Shown here: in pieces, positions 1 through 11,162 of the stretch | Layout of the letters: the number at the start of each line of letters is the position of its first letter | Numbering within the stretch: position 1 is the first letter of the stretch | Virus record (IMG/VR): IMGVR_UViG_3300034102_000864 | Coordinates: 1 to 64,000 of that record | Direction: 5' to 3' (one strand) | From: an uncultured virus (IMG/VR IMGVR_UViG_3300034102_000864) | Lineage: Duplodnaviria > Heunggongvirae > Uroviricota > Caudoviricetes | DNA: 64,000 nt | Made by a program: the position numbers and the translations under genes | Notes under the pieces: generated by a model | The model's database searches: none | What the model saw: the letters and a program-made list of their open reading frames with translations, nothing else | Told to the model about the DNA's origin: nothing

Positions 1-1344
1 AATCAGTCACCTTATATTCAAAACTGCACTAACTTTATTCCAAACAGCATTGGAATGAAGATTGACGGTAAGCATTCGATTGGACCAACCAAGTCAATGG
101 TTCTTGACTCTTATACTCAATACAATCAAGGTGGTATAGGAGTTTCAATTACCAACGAAGGATATGCTCAGTTGGTTTCACTCTTCACAATTTGCCCAGA
201 TACTGCAGTCTTTTGTGGAAGTGGTGCTGCTTGTGATCTTACAAACTCTAATGCTTCTTTTGGCAACTATGGTCTTGTAGCAGATGGTGTAGGACCAAGA
301 AAGTATACGGGTATTGTAACAGTTGCGGCAGATGCAAATAGTGATAGATTTGTTTTAGATTTAAATACGACAACTTATAATGTATCAAATGCTGTTTATG
401 ATAACGTAAGTGGTGTTACGACAATCACTACTTCTGGTAATCATAACTTTTCTGTTGGAATGGGAGTCACGATTGCTGGACTTGGTTTTACTTGCCCATC
501 TGGACCAGGAATTGTTACATACCCAAGTGGTAATTATGGTTATGTTTTTGAAATTCAATCGGTTCCTGCCGCAAATCAATTAGTAGTTAATGTTGGTACT
601 TCAACTCTACCTCATACATATGTTTCTGGTGGAGCAGTAGCAATTAATGTTGTAAGACCTTTCGATGGGCAGGTTGTTTATTTTGATAACTTATATTATA
701 CGGTGAATAAAATTAGAGTGAGTGATGGTGGATCTGGATATGATTCGAGTCCAGTTGTTACAATTTCTGCACCTTCAAGTTCTTGGGGAGTTCAGGCAAC
801 AGCAGTCGCAGAAGTGACGAATGGAAATGTGACTGCAATTGAGATTGTTTCAAGTGGAAGAGGTTATACAACGGCACCAACAATTACAATTGCTGGTCCC
901 AATGTTGGGATAAATACAGCAACAGCAACTTTAGAATTACTACCTACTTATTATTCTATTCTAAGTTCAACTCCAGTTTCTGCTGGTATTTGTACAATTA
1001 CCGTAAGTGATAATGTTCCTTATGCAGTTGGTGTTGGTTCGACTGTTCCATTCTTTAAGCAAAGCAGAGTATTAGCATCTGGACATTCTTTTGAATATAT
1101 TGGTTCTGGTACAAATATTAATGGTGCTCTTCCAGCACAAGGTGGTGTTCCAATTCAAGATAATGAGGTTGATATGAGAAATGGTGGTCTAGTTGTTTAT
1201 ACCAGTACCGATCAATCTGGAAATTTCAGAATTGGTGAGGGTGTTGCAATTAACCAATTGACAGGAACTATTTCTGGTCGTTTTTATTCGAAGAGTTTGT
1301 TCTCTACAATGACACCATTTATTCTAGCATTAGGAGGAGAATAA
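1..1344 (+). CDS. Large virion structural / tail-fibre-like protein, 5'-truncated by the window edge
   Basis: Frame is open from position 1 (NQSPYIQNCTNF...). G/S/T/V-rich, with GSGYxxxPxVTI motifs typical of cyanomyovirus structural proteins. Confidence 0.75.
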   Translation, partial: NQSPYIQNCTNFIPNSIGMKIDGKHSIGPTKSMVLDSYTQYNQGGIGVSITNEGYAQLVSLFTICPDTAVFCGSGAACDLTNSNASFGNYGLVADGVGPRKYTGIVTVAADANSDRFVLDLNTTTYNVSNAVYDNVSGVTTITTSGNHNFSVGMGVTIAGLGFTCPSGPGIVTYPSGNYGYVFEIQSVPAANQLVVNVGTSTLPHTYVSGGAVAINVVRPFDGQVVYFDNLYYTVNKIRVSDGGSGYDSSPVVTISAPSSSWGVQATAVAEVTNGNVTAIEIVSSGRGYTTAPTITIAGPNVGINTATATLELLPTYYSILSSTPVSAGICTITVSDNVPYAVGVGSTVPFFKQSRVLASGHSFEYIGSGTNINGALPAQGGVPIQDNEVDMRNGGLVVYTSTDQSGNFRIGEGVAINQLTGTISGRFYSKSLFSTMTPFILALGGE

Positions 1345-1348
1345 AAGA

Positions 1349-1690
1349 ATGGCATTACCATTAAATGTATTTAAAACAGTTACAAAAGTTGCAACAACAA
1401 ATCCAGTAGGAATTTATACGGCACCGGTTGGATATACAGGGGTTGTTCTTTTAGCACAGGCAGCAAATGTTGGTGGTGGAACTCAAACAGTTTCTTTTTC
1501 ACATCAAAGAACAACTGCTGGAATTGCAGTTACTACAGAAATATTAAAGAGTTTTCCAATTTCTTCAAGTGATACTGCAAATCTTCTTGTAGGAAAACTT
1601 GTTCTTGAATCTGGTGATGTTCTTGTTTTGTCCGCAAGTAATGGAACTGATGTTAAATTTCTTGGCAGCATCTTAGAAACACTTAACTAA
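1349..1690 (+). CDS. Small beta-sandwich virion or fibre-associated protein
   Basis: 113 aa, GGAGA SD. The IYTAP...KLVLESGDVL pattern resembles 7524..7886 and domains of 24397..26013. Confidence 0.65.
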   Translation: MALPLNVFKTVTKVATTNPVGIYTAPVGYTGVVLLAQAANVGGGTQTVSFSHQRTTAGIAVTTEILKSFPISSSDTANLLVGKLVLESGDVLVLSASNGTDVKFLGSILETLN

Positions 1691-1705
1691 TAAAGTATCA
1701 ATCAA

Positions 1706-4700
1706 ATGGCAAAGTACACCAGTGGTAGACAGAAGAATCTAAAAGTTGGTATCGTATCATATAGTGAAAATCTTACTTCACTTGAGGTAGTTGGTAAGGT
1801 TGGTATTGGTACAACTAATGCTGGTGGGGGAAGTTTATATGTTGTTGGTGATAGTTATATAACTGGAATTTTAACTGCAAATAGAATTTTTAGTAATGTT
1901 TATGGTGAGGCAATTGGTGGTAATACTATTGTAGGTACTTCATTAAGTATTTCTGGTATAAGCACTCTTGGAGTCACTAGTGCTACTAACCTAACAGCAC
2001 AACAACTTAATGTTTCTGGTATTAGTACTTTAGGTGTTACTAGTGCTACTAACCTAACAGCACAACAACTTAATGTTTCTGGTATTACAACGACCAACAA
2101 CCTGAATGTAACTGGTGTTGGAACCTTCTTATCTGGAAATTTAAATATAAGAAACCCAGCAAATACTTTTGGTTATACGATTGCTGGTGGTGCAATTACT
2201 GCTGATAGAATTCTTACATTACCAGTCGTCACATCAAATACTGGTATTGCAGTAACTGGTTTAAACCAAACATTCACTGGAACTCAAACATTTTCGGGTC
2301 TTACTGTAACTGGTACATTTAACCATACTGGAGGAACTGGAACTCTTGCTAATAATGGGGCCGCAGCAGCAACAGCAAATATTGCTACTGGAGCACTTGC
2401 ATCTGGAATATCAAAAACAATCAACTTTGGTACTGGTGGTGCTTCTGGTTCCTTTACTCAAATCAATATTGGACCAATTTCTGGTGTTGGTACTGTTTTA
2501 GTTAATACTGGAACCAATTTGGGTATTGGTTCTGCAACACCAACATCAAAACTTGATGTAGTTGGTGATGCAAGAGTTTCTGGTATCGTTACAGCAACTA
2601 CTTTTGTTGGTGCTCTAACTGGAATAGCAGCATCTGCAACTCAACTTGTAACACCAAGAACTTTTGAAATCACTGGTGACGTTGTTGCTTCCGCCATTAG
2701 TTTTGATGGAACTGGTAGTGTATCATTAGCAGCTACCATTCAACCTAATAGTGTTGGTTTAGGAACTGATACTACTGGAGATTATGTTCAGACAGTTTCC
2801 GGAACCTCTAATCAAATCACCGTAACTGGTGGAACAGGTGAAAGTTCAACACCAACATTAAGTCTTCCCACAAACTTAATTGCTCCTGAAGATTTAACGG
2901 TTACAAGAGATCTTCAAGTTAATCGTAATTTAAATGTAAATGGAAATATTACGATTGGTGGATCAACAGCGTTTGTCAATGTTCAAGAATTAGTTGTTAC
3001 TGACCCTGATATTATTCTTGGATATAGAACTGATGCATTTGGTAATGATGTTTCTAACGATAATACTGCGAATCATGGTGGTGTTGCTCTTGCTTCAACA
3101 GAAGGAAATCCATTAGTTAATCTTGTTGTTGCTGGTATTGAAACAGCACCTGCCACATATAAGAAAATTATGTGGTTTAAGGAAGGCACCTTTGCCGGAC
3201 TTGGTACTGATGCTTGGTTAATTAACTATGCGGTTGGCATTGGATCAACACAGTTCCCTAATGGAACAAGACTTGCTGCTGGTAATGTTCAATTTACTCA
3301 AAATGATTTAGCAGTTGTAAGAAACATTAATGCGAGTGGTGTTGGTACTATTGCAAGACTGAATAGTACCAATGCCACTTTAACAAATATTAATTCAACT
3401 GGTGTCTCAACACTTGGAATTACTACATTCACAGGTGCCGTAAGTTTTGGAACTTCTGCTTACTTTGGTGATGGTAATAGATTATATTTTGGAAACACTC
3501 CATCTTTGGATATTTATCATTCATCTGGTGAATCTTACATTAGGGATATTGGTGCTGGTAATTTAAGATTAGAAACTAATGGTGCTGCAGTTGTTATTGC
3601 GACCACTTCAGGTGAATCTATGGGTTCGTTCATAAGGAATGGATCAGTAGAACTCTATTACGACAATGTAAAAGAATTTGAAACCACTGGATATGGTGCA
3701 ACGGTCTTTGGTATTCTTCAATCACAAGGACTTCAAGTTTCTGGTGTTTCAACATTAGGTATTACAACTACTACTAATCTAACAACCCAAAACATTAATA
3801 ACTCTGGTGTTACAACTACCAACTCTTTGAACATTGGTGCTACACAAGTCATTAGTTCTTCAAGAGAACTTCAAAATATTATTTCACTTGATGCCACAAC
3901 AACATCGACAATTGAAGCAGCAATTGCTAATGGACCTAATACTTTTACTGATTTAAGTGTTACTGGTGTTTCAACACTTGGAGTTACCAGTGCTACTAAT
4001 TTAACAGCACAAACTTTAAATGTTTCTGGTGTTTCTACACTTGGAATAACTACATTTACTGATTCTGTAAATTTTGGTTCTAATGCATTTTTTGGTGATA
4101 ATGATAATTTAAATTTTGGTGATGGTAATGATTTACAAATTTACCACAATGGGGATAATAGTTATATTGATGATGTTGGAACAGGTAATTTATACATAAG
4201 ATCTAATCAAACTGAAATACAAAAATATACTGGAGAAACAATAGCCCAATTCATAGCAGATGGTGCAGTAGGACTTTATTATGATAATGTAAAAGAATTT
4301 GAAACTACTGGGTATGGTGCTACTGTTTATGGAGTTTTACAATCTCAGGGACTTCAAGTTTCTGGTATCTCAACACTTGGAGTTACATCAACCACTAACT
4401 TAATAACACAACAACTGAATGTATCTGGTGTTGGAACCTTCCAATCTTCTGGATTAAAGATAGTTGGACAATCAACTTCTTTCCAATATTCCATTGTTGG
4501 TTCTGCGATTGCTGCAAACAGAAACCTTACATTACCTTTAATTACTAGTGATGATACTGTTGCGGTTCTTGGTACATCTCAATCATTTACTGCAGCACAA
4601 ACATTCTCTGCAGGAATAACTGCCACTTCTACTCTTACATTAAGTGGTTCAACTACAGGAACTCATGTATTTGGTAGCAACCAGACATCAGGAACTATAA

Positions 4701-7522
4701 CATTAGGTGGAACTGGTGGTACTGGTACAATTACTTTTGGTCGTTCTACTGCTTCCCAGACTACTAACATTCAATCAGGTGCATCTGGTGTAGGAACAAC
4801 CAAGACAATCAACTTTGGTACTGGTGGTGCTTCTGGTTCCTTTACTCAAATAAATATTGGACCAACTGCTGGAGTTGGTACTGTTGTTATTAACTCAGGA
4901 ACTAGACTTGGTATTGGATCTGCAATTCCAACAGCAGCACTTGATATTGCAGGAGACGCAAGAGTTTCTGGTGTTACAACTACCAACTCTCTGAACATTG
5001 GTGCTACTCAAGTCATTAGTTCTGCAAGACAACTTCAGAACATTTCTTCACTTGATGCTACAACAACGGCAACAATTGAATCTGCAATTGCTAATGCTCC
5101 TAATACCTTTACAGACCTTCGAGTAACTGGAATCTCAACCTTTACTAATGGACCTGTATTAATAGGAACCGCAACAACAACAGGCACTGCATCACAACCA
5201 CTTCAAGTAACTGGTGGTGCTTATATTTCTGGTAATACCGGTATAGGAACCACAACACCAACATCAACACTTACAGTTCAGGGTGATGCAAGAGTTTCTG
5301 GTGTTACAACTACCAACTCTCTGAACATTGGTGCTACTCAAGTTATTAGTTCAGCAAGACAACTTCAGAATATTGCTTCACTTGATGCTACGACAACGGC
5401 AACAATTGAATCTGCAATCGCTAATGCTCCTAATACTTTTGCCGATCTAAATGTTACAGGCATCACTACTCTTGGAATCACTAGTGCCACTAACTTAACA
5501 GCACAACAACTGAATGTTTCTGGTGTTTCGACAATATCAGTCAATAGTTCTATTGACGCATTAAGAATTACTCAACTTGGAACTGGAAATGCTCTGGTAG
5601 TTGAAGATTCTACAAATCCTGATGTAACTCCTTTTGTTGTAACTAGCTCTGGTTCTGTTGGCATTGGAACTACAGATCCAACTGATAAGTTAGAGGTGGT
5701 TGGTAGGGTTAAAATTGGTGCAGTTGGACTAAACAACGCATTTAATATAAGAAGACCAACTGATGGTGCAGATGGGATAACAATTGGATTTGCTGCGACT
5801 GATAGTAGTAGTGAGGCAAGTTTTAAACACGGTAGTGGAAGTGGTTATTATACTATTCAGTTAAATGGAACTGGTGGAGAACAAGGTAATGGATTTAATG
5901 AGAAGTTTAGATTTACAAGTGCCGCACGACTGGGTATTGGTAAATCAAATCCTTCTGCTGAACTTGATGTTTTTGGTGGTGCTAATTTTACCAACAGAGT
6001 ATTAATAGGTTCTGCAACCTCTACTGGAACTGCATCACAAGCACTTCAAGTTACTGGTGGTGCTTATGTTTCTGGTAATCTTGGAGTTGGTGTTACAAAT
6101 CCAGCATCAAATACACAAGTTGCAATTGCTGGAACATTAGGTATTAGTGAAGTCGGAGTTAATGGAACCAGAACATTATTCACATCAAGTGGTGGTGGAT
6201 TTGTATTAAATCATAACGATAATAGCAATATTAATATTCAATCACAAGGTTCAAATAGACTTGCTTATCAATTCTCAAATAATAGTTGGACTATTCCTGC
6301 TAATGGAACTGCATTGCTTATAGGAGCAGGTGCCACAACAGGAACAGCAAACCAATTACTTCGTGTAGAAGGTGGTGCTTATGTTTCTGGTAATCTTGGA
6401 GTAGGATCTACAAATCCAACATCAGCACTTACAGTTCAGGGTGATATAAGAGTTTCTGGTGTCATAACTGCATCGCAGTTCATTAGATCTGGTGGAACCT
6501 CATCACAATTCCTTAAAGCTGATGGTTCTGTTGATTCCTCGACATATTTAACTGCAGAGTCTGACACTTTAAATACCGTTACAAACAGAGGTAATAGTAC
6601 TACTAATGGTATTTCCGTTGGAGTATTGACTGCAACTGGTATTCAAGGTATTGGAATTTATTCTGGGGGGAATCTAGTAACATCTGGTGTTATTACGGCA
6701 CTGAATTTTGTTGGAACAGGTAATACGTTTGCAGTTGTTGGAAACAGAATTGATATCAGCATTTCTAGCAGTAATGCTACGAGTGGATATGCTTCAACTG
6801 CTGGTATAGCAACCTATGCAACATCAGCAGGTGTTTCAACAAATCTCAAGGGTGGTCTTGCTGGTAATATTCCTTATCAGTCTGCAGCAGATACCACAGT
6901 ATTCTTAACAAACGGTGCTTCTGGAACAATACTTCAATCTAATGGAGTTGGTAATGCTCCTACTTGGGTTCCTGCTGCTCCTGCTAATGCTATTACTGGA
7001 TTGACAATAAGAGATGAAGGAACTCTTGTTGGAGGTGCAAACAGTGTTTCTCAATTAAACTTTGTTGGTAATATTGTTTCTGTTGCATCTACGGCAGGTA
7101 TTGCTACAATTACATTTGTTTCACCTGGAGTTACAAGAAATGTAAGTACACACACAGCAACCGCAGGTCAAACATCATTCTCTGCAACTTATGAAGTTGG
7201 TTATGTTGATGTTTATCTTAATGGTGCTAAACTCAGTGGAACACAATATACTGCAACAAATGGAACAACAATTGAGTTAATTGAAAGTGCTTCATTAGAT
7301 GATATTGTAGAAATTATTGGATTAAGTAATATTAATATTGTTGGACCTGGAGTTGGAATAGCAACAGCAGGTGGAACTGTAGGAACTGGAGTAACTTTAT
7401 TTGATTTCAGAGGATCAGGAATTTCTACAGTTGCAGTTACTTCAGGTGTAGCAACAATAAATATAACAGGTGGAAGTTCTACTCCAGATATAAGTCCAGT
7501 AATGATGTCTATGATTTTCTAA
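1706..7522 (+). CDS. Long tail-fibre-like protein with internal repeats
   Basis: 1938 aa, G/T/S-rich, with recurring VGIGTTNP, LQVTGGAYVSG and VSGISTLGVTSATNL motifs. Confidence 0.75.
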   Translation: MAKYTSGRQKNLKVGIVSYSENLTSLEVVGKVGIGTTNAGGGSLYVVGDSYITGILTANRIFSNVYGEAIGGNTIVGTSLSISGISTLGVTSATNLTAQQLNVSGISTLGVTSATNLTAQQLNVSGITTTNNLNVTGVGTFLSGNLNIRNPANTFGYTIAGGAITADRILTLPVVTSNTGIAVTGLNQTFTGTQTFSGLTVTGTFNHTGGTGTLANNGAAAATANIATGALASGISKTINFGTGGASGSFTQINIGPISGVGTVLVNTGTNLGIGSATPTSKLDVVGDARVSGIVTATTFVGALTGIAASATQLVTPRTFEITGDVVASAISFDGTGSVSLAATIQPNSVGLGTDTTGDYVQTVSGTSNQITVTGGTGESSTPTLSLPTNLIAPEDLTVTRDLQVNRNLNVNGNITIGGSTAFVNVQELVVTDPDIILGYRTDAFGNDVSNDNTANHGGVALASTEGNPLVNLVVAGIETAPATYKKIMWFKEGTFAGLGTDAWLINYAVGIGSTQFPNGTRLAAGNVQFTQNDLAVVRNINASGVGTIARLNSTNATLTNINSTGVSTLGITTFTGAVSFGTSAYFGDGNRLYFGNTPSLDIYHSSGESYIRDIGAGNLRLETNGAAVVIATTSGESMGSFIRNGSVELYYDNVKEFETTGYGATVFGILQSQGLQVSGVSTLGITTTTNLTTQNINNSGVTTTNSLNIGATQVISSSRELQNIISLDATTTSTIEAAIANGPNTFTDLSVTGVSTLGVTSATNLTAQTLNVSGVSTLGITTFTDSVNFGSNAFFGDNDNLNFGDGNDLQIYHNGDNSYIDDVGTGNLYIRSNQTEIQKYTGETIAQFIADGAVGLYYDNVKEFETTGYGATVYGVLQSQGLQVSGISTLGVTSTTNLITQQLNVSGVGTFQSSGLKIVGQSTSFQYSIVGSAIAANRNLTLPLITSDDTVAVLGTSQSFTAAQTFSAGITATSTLTLSGSTTGTHVFGSNQTSGTITLGGTGGTGTITFGRSTASQTTNIQSGASGVGTTKTINFGTGGASGSFTQINIGPTAGVGTVVINSGTRLGIGSAIPTAALDIAGDARVSGVTTTNSLNIGATQVISSARQLQNISSLDATTTATIESAIANAPNTFTDLRVTGISTFTNGPVLIGTATTTGTASQPLQVTGGAYISGNTGIGTTTPTSTLTVQGDARVSGVTTTNSLNIGATQVISSARQLQNIASLDATTTATIESAIANAPNTFADLNVTGITTLGITSATNLTAQQLNVSGVSTISVNSSIDALRITQLGTGNALVVEDSTNPDVTPFVVTSSGSVGIGTTDPTDKLEVVGRVKIGAVGLNNAFNIRRPTDGADGITIGFAATDSSSEASFKHGSGSGYYTIQLNGTGGEQGNGFNEKFRFTSAARLGIGKSNPSAELDVFGGANFTNRVLIGSATSTGTASQALQVTGGAYVSGNLGVGVTNPASNTQVAIAGTLGISEVGVNGTRTLFTSSGGGFVLNHNDNSNINIQSQGSNRLAYQFSNNSWTIPANGTALLIGAGATTGTANQLLRVEGGAYVSGNLGVGSTNPTSALTVQGDIRVSGVITASQFIRSGGTSSQFLKADGSVDSSTYLTAESDTLNTVTNRGNSTTNGISVGVLTATGIQGIGIYSGGNLVTSGVITALNFVGTGNTFAVVGNRIDISISSSNATSGYASTAGIATYATSAGVSTNLKGGLAGNIPYQSAADTTVFLTNGASGTILQSNGVGNAPTWVPAAPANAITGLTIRDEGTLVGGANSVSQLNFVGNIVSVASTAGIATITFVSPGVTRNVSTHTATAGQTSFSATYEVGYVDVYLNGAKLSGTQYTATNGTTIELIESASLDDIVEIIGLSNINIVGPGVGIATAGGTVGTGVTLFDFRGSGISTVAVTSGVATINITGGSSTPDISPVMMSMIF
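4958..5436 (+). repeat. Near-identical ~150 bp internal duplication (4958-5106 and 5288-5436; third copy ~3803-3950)
   Basis: Each copy encodes SGVTTTNSLNIGATQVISSxRxLQNIxSLDATTTxTIExAIANxPNTF. Confidence 0.85.
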
Positions 7523-7523
7523 A

Positions 7524-7886
7524 ATGGCAGCACCAAATCTTAAAAATCCAAATACAATCACCGGTATTACTTCAAGTGTAAGTATTAATACTGCATCAAT
7601 TACTGGTATTCTCACTAATACTGCGAATAGTAATAAAGTCTTCAAAATTAATACTATTTTTGCCGCAAATGTAGGGACGACAACTGCTACTAATGTAAGT
7701 ATCAGTGTTTTGAGAGGTGGAACTGATGTGTATCTTGCAAAATCAATATCAGTCCCTGTCGGAACAACTCAAATAATATCAACGAAAGAGACATATTTTT
7801 ATCTTGAAGAAAACGTTGGAATTAGGGGGCAGGCATCTTCTGCTAATACCATTGATGTGACAATTTCTTATGAGGAGATTTCATAA
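7524..7886 (+). CDS. Small beta-sandwich virion or fibre-associated protein
   Basis: 120 aa, MAAPN...YLAKSISVP...YLEE...ISYEEIS; same general family as 1349..1690. Confidence 0.65.
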   Translation: MAAPNLKNPNTITGITSSVSINTASITGILTNTANSNKVFKINTIFAANVGTTTATNVSISVLRGGTDVYLAKSISVPVGTTQIISTKETYFYLEENVGIRGQASSANTIDVTISYEEIS

Positions 7887-10800
7887 TGGTTAGAAAACTG
7901 ATAGGAAATGCTAATCAAATATCAGGTATCTATGAACTTGATGATAGTGCTTCTTTATCCAATAAATTAGATAATTTAAGTAGGTATGTTTATGATAACA
8001 AATCAACTCCTCTTATTCCGGGAAACATAGGTAATATTACTGATTTATACATTTCACCAGACGAAACAAAACTTTATGTAATAGATTCATCTGCTGATAC
8101 AATTTATCAAAATTCTCTTTCTGATGGTTATATATTTTCAGATTATAATAATCTAAAATCATTTTTGTTGTCTGGTCAAGACGGATCACCACAAGGGGTC
8201 TATATTGGTGCTGCTGGAACGGCAATGTATATCGTTGGAAACACAAATGATACAATCTATCAGTACACCTTAAGTACTGCATATGATGTTTCTACGATAT
8301 CTTATTCGGGCATATCATCACTTATATCGGCAAGAGAAACGAATCCAACAGATATAACTTTTAGTGATGATGGCACTAAGGTTTATGTTGTAGGTCAAAC
8401 TGCTGCTGGCGCTGGATTGATTTCTTTGGGAGAATATGTTCATCAATTTAACTTAACCACTGCCTGGAATGTTGGTACTGCTGGATACTCTACAAGTTTT
8501 TATGTAAATCCCCAAACTTCTACAGCACCAAATGGTCTTACTATTGGTGCTGGTGGTACTGCAATGTACGTGAATAACTCCACCACTGTGTACCAATATA
8601 CCTTAGGAACTGCTTGGCAAGTCAATACTGCTTCTTATACGAATAAGTCTCTTCTTGTAAGTGGTCAAGACACAACCCAGTCATCAATTTATTTTAAAGA
8701 TGATGGTACTAAGCTTTATACTGTAGGTGCAATTAATGACAACGTATATGAATATTCTCTAGGTATTCCGTGGGACATTAGTACCGCATCTTATGATACT
8801 GAGTTCTTTTATGTCGGTGCTCAGGATGCAACATCAACAGGACTTTATATTGCCCCCGATGGAAAAAACGTTTATGTTACGGGATCTACTAGCAGTAGAG
8901 TTAATCAATATCCTTTGAGAACTGCGTGGGATCTTAAAACGGTTGATGTTACACCATCTCTTTTTATAGGATTTTTGGAAGGTACTGCACAATCACTTTA
9001 TTTCAAACCTGATGGCACTTCAGTTTATATTTTAGGATCCGTTGGAGATAGAATTTATCAAATTCCATTAAATACTCCTTGGGACCTTAGAACTTCTGGA
9101 ATATCATCTATAAGTGCCTATCCTGTTGCTGCTCAAGACATAACATCAGTAGGAGTTTACATTGGTGCTGCTGGAACTGCTATGTATATCGTTGGATCCA
9201 CAAGTGACACGATTTATCAATATACCTTAGGAACTGCATATGATGTTTCTACAGCATCTTATTCTGGTATATCATCTGTTATATCTGCAAGAGAAACGGA
9301 TCCAACAGATATAACTTTTAGTGATGATGGCACTAAGGTTTATGTTGTGGGTCAAACTGGTGTTGGTTTACCCGTTGCTTCAGGAGAATATGTTCACCAA
9401 TTTAACTTAAGCACTGCCTGGAATGTTGGTACTGCAGGTTACTCAACAAGTTTTAATGTCAGTCAAGAATCAGCACCAACAGGAGTTTATATTGGTGCTG
9501 CGGGCACAGCAATGTATGTAGTTGGAACCGCAAATGATACAGTATATCAATACACATTGGGGACTGCCTGGCAAGTCAATACTGCTTCTTATACAAATGT
9601 AAGTTTTTCTATAAATACTCAAGATGCTGGCCCACAATCAATTTATTTTAAAGATGATGGGACCAAGATGTATATGTTGGGATCTACCAATGATGCCATA
9701 CATCAATATTCTCTAAGCACTGCTTGGAATGTTAGCACTGCATCTTATGAGAATAAGAGTCTTTATGTTGGAGCACACGAAGGAACATCAAATGGACTTT
9801 ATTTCAGTCCTGATGGTACAAGTATTTATATAGTTGGATCTGGCAATGATAGGGTTGTTAGATATCCACTTTCTACTGCTTGGGATATTTCTACTTGGGT
9901 TCAATCGTTTTATGTTGGAACTCAAGAAACAGTACCAAATGCAATTTACTTTAAACCTGATGGAACTATAGTTTATATATTGGGAACTTCTCAAGATACA
10001 ATTTTTCAATATTCTTTAACCACACCTTGGGATCTTACTACAGCATCTTATACTAACAAGAGTTTTTCTATCACACTTTTTGAGGTAACACCAACAGGTC
10101 TTCATTTTAGCAGTGATGGAACTAGAGTTTATGTTGTGGGTAATACTAATGATAGAGTTCATTTATTTAAATTAGCAACTGCGTGGGATATTAGTACTGC
10201 ATTTAATCCTTACAATATTAAGAGTTTTTCTGTTAATTCTCAAGACACTTCACCACAAGGGGTCTATATTGGTGCTGATGGCACGGCAATGTACATAATG
10301 GGAGATACTAATAATACAATCTATCAGTACACCTTAGGTACTGCATATGATGTTTCTACAGCATCTTATTCGGGAATATCTTCTAATATAACCACAAGAG
10401 AAACTGTTCCACAAGATCTAACTTTTAGTGATGATGGCACTAAGGTTTATGTTGTAGGTCAAGCTGCTGCTGGCGCTGGACTAATTGCGGGTGCCGAATA
10501 TGTTCATCAATTTAATTTAACCACTGCCTGGAATGTTGGTACTGCTGGATACTCTACAAGTTTTTATGTGACTACTCAAACTAGTTCAACACCAGCTGGT
10601 CTTACTATTGGTGCTGGTGGTACTGCAATGTATGTCAATAATAGCTCTAACGTTTATCAATATACCTTAGGAACTGCTTGGGAAGTCAATACTTCTTCTT
10701 ATACAAGTAAGACTTTTGTTATAAGTACTCAAGATGCTGGCCCACAATCAATTTATTTTAAAGATAATGGAACCAAGATGTATATGTTGGGATCTATCAA

Positions 10801-11131
10801 TGATGCTATATATCAATATTCTCTAAGTACTCCGTGGGACATTAGTACCACATCTTCTGATACTAAATTATTTAATGTCGGAGGTCAAGAGACAAATGCA
10901 AATGGACTTTATTTCAAACCCGATGGCAAAACTGTTTATATAGTTGGATCTACTGGTGATGCTGTGGTTTCTTATGACTTAGATATTCCTTGGGAGATAT
11001 CATCTTTTAGTAAGTCTTTGAATGTTGCTACACAAGAGGTTGGTTCTACAGGAGTTAGGTTAACTGAGGATCTATCAAAATTATACATTGTTGGATCTGC
11101 AAGATTGAATTCTTATGATTTTCTTACTTAA
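7886..11131 (+). CDS. Multi-beta-propeller repeat protein, probably virion surface
   Basis: About 20 repeats of ~50 aa with consensus G(L/I)YFxxDGTKxYxVG...xYQYxLxTAWDxSTASY. Confidence 0.75.
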   Translation: MVRKLIGNANQISGIYELDDSASLSNKLDNLSRYVYDNKSTPLIPGNIGNITDLYISPDETKLYVIDSSADTIYQNSLSDGYIFSDYNNLKSFLLSGQDGSPQGVYIGAAGTAMYIVGNTNDTIYQYTLSTAYDVSTISYSGISSLISARETNPTDITFSDDGTKVYVVGQTAAGAGLISLGEYVHQFNLTTAWNVGTAGYSTSFYVNPQTSTAPNGLTIGAGGTAMYVNNSTTVYQYTLGTAWQVNTASYTNKSLLVSGQDTTQSSIYFKDDGTKLYTVGAINDNVYEYSLGIPWDISTASYDTEFFYVGAQDATSTGLYIAPDGKNVYVTGSTSSRVNQYPLRTAWDLKTVDVTPSLFIGFLEGTAQSLYFKPDGTSVYILGSVGDRIYQIPLNTPWDLRTSGISSISAYPVAAQDITSVGVYIGAAGTAMYIVGSTSDTIYQYTLGTAYDVSTASYSGISSVISARETDPTDITFSDDGTKVYVVGQTGVGLPVASGEYVHQFNLSTAWNVGTAGYSTSFNVSQESAPTGVYIGAAGTAMYVVGTANDTVYQYTLGTAWQVNTASYTNVSFSINTQDAGPQSIYFKDDGTKMYMLGSTNDAIHQYSLSTAWNVSTASYENKSLYVGAHEGTSNGLYFSPDGTSIYIVGSGNDRVVRYPLSTAWDISTWVQSFYVGTQETVPNAIYFKPDGTIVYILGTSQDTIFQYSLTTPWDLTTASYTNKSFSITLFEVTPTGLHFSSDGTRVYVVGNTNDRVHLFKLATAWDISTAFNPYNIKSFSVNSQDTSPQGVYIGADGTAMYIMGDTNNTIYQYTLGTAYDVSTASYSGISSNITTRETVPQDLTFSDDGTKVYVVGQAAAGAGLIAGAEYVHQFNLTTAWNVGTAGYSTSFYVTTQTSSTPAGLTIGAGGTAMYVNNSSNVYQYTLGTAWEVNTSSYTSKTFVISTQDAGPQSIYFKDNGTKMYMLGSINDAIYQYSLSTPWDISTTSSDTKLFNVGGQETNANGLYFKPDGKTVYIVGSTGDAVVSYDLDIPWEISSFSKSLNVATQEVGSTGVRLTEDLSKLYIVGSARLNSYDFLT

Positions 11132-11140
11132 TCGTAATCA

Positions 11141-11148
11141 AATAAATA
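11141..11148 (+). promoter_or_regulatory. T4-type late promoter (NATAAATA)
   Basis: AATAAATA in the short intergenic gap before the 11163 gene. Similar TAAATA motifs precede several other late genes. Confidence 0.55.
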
Positions 11149-11162
11149 TTTAAAAAATACCA

